Assembly (NCBI GenBank): GCA_965649825.1
Contig: OZ287696.1
Span: 1,274,081-1,338,080, forward strand
DNA: 64,000 nt
Source: Penicillus capitatus
Lineage: Eukaryota; Plantae; Chlorophyta
Direction of reading: 5' to 3'
Both the position numbers and the translations under genes were made by a program. The notes under the pieces were generated by a model. That model ran no database searches. It had not been told where the DNA came from and worked only from the letters and a program-made list of their open reading frames with translations. Below, piece by piece: positions 60,785 to 64,000 of this stretch (the stretch's first letter is position 1; the number at the start of each line of letters is the position of its first letter).

Positions 60785-62013
60785 ATGGCATTGACCCGGA
60801 CGCGTTGCTTCCTGACGCCTCGCTTTCCGATCCGTTCAGCGAAGGCGGCGCTACATTTCGGTTCGGTAAGAAAACGGATTCCGCTGTATGGATTGAGGAT
60901 GGCAGCAACAGAGGGAGAGAAGACTGCTATGTCGCAGTCGAAGAAACGACTCGCGGAGAAAACAGTCAGCAGAGGAATCGACACCAGGTACGCCATCGGC
61001 AAGTCTTGCATGAGATGCCCATCGCGATCGACCTGACCCAGAGGGGTCAACGAGCGAACTGAATACTCCCGCATCGAGTTCGCCAGAGCCAATAGGTAAA
61101 GTGTGATAAGAGAAGGACGGTCGTATCCCATCTGCTCCTGCACTGTGCAGAACTGAGTCGCGATGGAAAGAGAATGGGCTGGAAGTTCTTTCCAGGAGAG
61201 GAAGAGGAGCCGGAAAACGAGTCGCCAGAAGAGACGTCGGAAGATGAGGTTCCTTTCGTCGTCGATCTGACCAATCCCGGACGCGTTTTGGAGGAAACGT
61301 CCCTGCCCACGGTGTCAAGCGATAAAGTAATCTACCACCTATCTAGTGCAGCCTCCCCTGATGAACTGCATTAGATTCTGACCACTTGTTTCTCGCTCAG
61401 CAGCGGCGTATTCATCGCGTCCTTCTTGCTGAGACGTACGGCAGAACGCGGGCTAGAAGTGTTCGGCTATGATCCTGTCGTTATGCAGTCGCTCTTGTCA
61501 CTCGCACCGCAGTGGAAACTGGATCATGTGGGCATTGCCTTTCTGGCAGCAGCCCTCGTCTCTGGGGCCCGTCTCTTTCTTTACAACAACTGGAGAGACT
61601 TTGCCATTTCGACGAACCGTTATAACAAACAGGTGAACGACCCCCTGTGCCTGAATGTTGAAGAGAACATGCATTCGTAGGTGCTCCTTCCTTTGAATTT
61701 TGGTGATATCATCTTCGTTTCTTTTATTTCTGGAATCTCCGAGGAGATGCTGTTTCGAGGGGGACTGATCCCTGCTTCGTTTCCAGACTGGAGGGGCGTC
61801 GTCTTTGCAAGCATCATCTTTGGTGCTTTTCACAAAGGGGCTGGCAGGAATTACGCTTTTGTCGTGTGGGCGTCGTTTGTGGGCTGCCTCTACGGTTTCT
61901 CCTTTCTCCTCACTCAGAATATCTATGTGCCAATCGTGGCGCACTCCTCTGCGAATCTCTTCTCTGCTTTGAACTGGCTGTCGACGCAGGACGATTCTCT
62001 GTCAGAAAGTTGA
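60785..62013 (+). CDS. Plastid CPBP/Abi (CAAX protease II-like) intramembrane protease, multi-exon
   Basis: Transit-peptide-like MALTRTRCFLTPRFPIRS; ISGISEEMLFRGGLIP; IFGAFH; VPIVAHSSAN (EExxxR, FxxxH and HxxxN motifs). Confidence 0.9.
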
Positions 62014-63064
62014 GAACGCGCCACAACAACGAGTGTAAGGAAGCGTTGACGATCACGTGATATCTTTTTATTAAAGGAAGGTAGTGTCCGACAAAGGGAC
62101 TCCATTTGGCCTCTTTTGGCATCGCCGCACACATCTTTTCTGCCAGGGAAGACATCTGGCTGCCATAGATTTCAGTTTTTAGTCGATCGCATTTGTTTAA
62201 AACCTGTCTGTCATAGCACGTGATTGGTGTACTTCTATTCTTGCCGCGGCATCACAACGAGATCCGGACCTCTCAACACTCATTCTTTTGAACTCCGCCG
62301 CCTTGTTGTGCTGTTTGGCGAATGTGAGTCGTCAATGGCTTTGCATACAGACAAGAGTTCGTGCAGCTGGTGTAAAAAGCGACCGACTTCATTGGCTGCG
62401 GCGATAGAGACTTACGAAAATCCAGCGCCATGCGCGAAACGAACTGAGACCACGTCTCCGTGTCCGTCTGGTTGTCTTAGAAGGCGTCTTCGGTTCTGCC
62501 TTCCATATTCGAGGGAGTTAGTGCCACCGACAACCCCCAAAACCGACTTACGTTACACCGTCGCAAGCTCTCTCGACCGCGTTTGCGACGGAAACGACCG
62601 AAACATACGGTCGCGATGACGAAGAGTGCTTGCTGCTTCTGCCAAGAAGAACGCCTGCCTCGTCTCCCTACTTAGGCGATGGCAAGCTGGCTCGAGTTGT
62701 TCGCCGTTTGTAGATTCATGTTAAACCGCCACGAAACGCATGCGAGTTACACCTAGTGTTACACCTAGAGGAGAACATTCCGACAAACTGTGGACAGCTT
62801 TACCTGTAAAATGCTATGCAAAGTTTCCGAAAACAGACTTCCGTTCGCGTTTCGTACTCCGACAACAGCGGACTGAGTTTCTGGACAACTGGCGGCCGGT
62901 CATCTGTCCGGCGGCGCATGCAGGCGCCGCCCAAACGGCTACAGTTCCTACCCTCCGCACGCCAGCCGTGGGGCAGCAACCGACGCGGCCTACAAAGGTC
63001 CTGTCGCAGATCCTTCCGCGCTCGAGTTTCCGAGTTCTTGTTTCTTGCGAGCGACTGCGACGAG

Positions 63065-64000
63065 ATGGCCGACGCGCACATGGTGACTGAAGATGATTAT
63101 GGGTACCCCGGAAAACCGTAAGTCCTAGGGGCCACACTTGCACGCGCCGCACGCCACGGAGTCCCGTCTGCTGCCTGGACGCTTAAATGCACATGCATGC
63201 GTCCATCGGCAACTCCTGCGTTCGGGATCACGTGCTTCCGGGAATGCAGCCGCCATCCTGTTCTCGAAAAGACTTCTTACTTTTTTGTGTTCGTCTAGTT
63301 TCGCCCAGGTGACGCTGCAGGAGGTCTTGGGCACTCAGCCACCCAGGGCCTTCCGGGGGATGGAGAAGGCCGAGCGTGAGCAGTTGTTCTGGGCTTTAAA
63401 AGCCCAGACAACTGCTCAGAGGGGCCAAGACCTGCTTCAGCAGCAGGCCCCTCCTGTTCGGTTTGGCCCCAATAGGGGCCAGACCGAACAGCCTCGGCCC
63501 CAACGGCGAGCGAGGGTCCTCTCCGCTCAGGAGAGGAGGGAACGACTGGCCCAAGAGGGCCAGTCGTCCACGAACAACGGAGGGGGAGAGGTAAGCATCT
63601 CAACAACAAATGACATTCACTCAAGAGGTTTGTTTTTGTAGGCACAAGCACCACTACCTCCATGCAATCCCCTTCCGGCCTCGCAGCCACCATCCTCCCA
63701 GCAGCCGCCTGTCCAGCCTCCCCCGTCTTGCCACTCGCAGTCCTCCCAGCCTCCGGTCCAGCATCCTTCTCTTTCCCAGCAGCCAACTCAGCCACTCCAC
63801 CGCCAGCCGCCATCCTTCACATTACCGCAACACCCGCAGCCTCCATCTCAGCCAGCCTCCCAGCCTTCCTCGCAGTCTCCGTCTTCCATGCAATGGTCAC
63901 CATCTCCTTGTCCGCAGCCCATCCTTTCCCCTGCCTCTCCACAGCCCGTCCAGGCACCTCCCTCCGAGTCTTCTTCTATGCAATGGTCCCATTCTCCCCC
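63065..64000 (+). CDS. Hypothetical three-exon (or longer) protein with a Pro/Gln/Ser-rich region, runs off the window edge
   Basis: Exons 63065-63117, 63299-63590 and 63642 onward splice in frame through GTAAG donors and pyrimidine-rich AG acceptors. They give MADAHMVTEDDYGYPGKPFAQVTLQEVL...GGGE/AQAPLPPCNPLPASQPP..., open to the end. Confidence 0.65.

Noticed and set aside
60715-61143. N-terminal ~143 aa of the 627-aa minus-strand ORF
   Set aside because: It overlaps the spliced 5' exons of the opposite-strand CPBP gene and is probably a shadow extension upstream of ATG 60714.

Overview
Gene-dense nuclear DNA from a compact green alga (Chlorophyta). The standard genetic code is used (TAA/TAG are real stops), introns are about 37-60 nt, and TGTAA poly(A)-type motifs follow several genes. 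A siphonous/ulvophyte affiliation is only a guess. The window opens with about 680 bp of AT-rich plastid DNA (5' part of psbA) joined abruptly to nuclear sequence. After MED16 comes a roughly 4 kb block of nested tandem repeats. The rest is mostly tightly packed housekeeping genes: TOC75, a YqgF nuclease, a TKL kinase, an NAD carrier, MON2, MET1, a CDPK, a polyprenyl synthase, a DHHC acyltransferase, Lunapark, SRP54, SEC13, a HAD hydrolase, glucokinase, ESS2, a SUMO-like-domain protein, an NPG1/TTC7-like protein, a zf-CW protein and a CPBP protease. Highlights: (1) a two-exon gene at 42079-42595 encoding a signal peptide plus four identical Pro-rich peptides, each ending Gly-Gly-dibasic, which is the layout of a neuropeptide-like amidated-peptide precursor; (2) a DHHC stop codon overlapping the Lunapark start (TAATG) in a run of co-oriented ER genes, a bicistronic candidate; (3) a roughly 2500-aa type-I membrane protein with seven ~231-aa filamin/Ig-like repeats and an N-glycan sequon array, similar in architecture to FUS1/GEX2; (4) two paralogous secreted 14-Cys/Ala-rich proteins that I cannot assign to a family. 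All exon structures were inferred by eye and no database searches were run.
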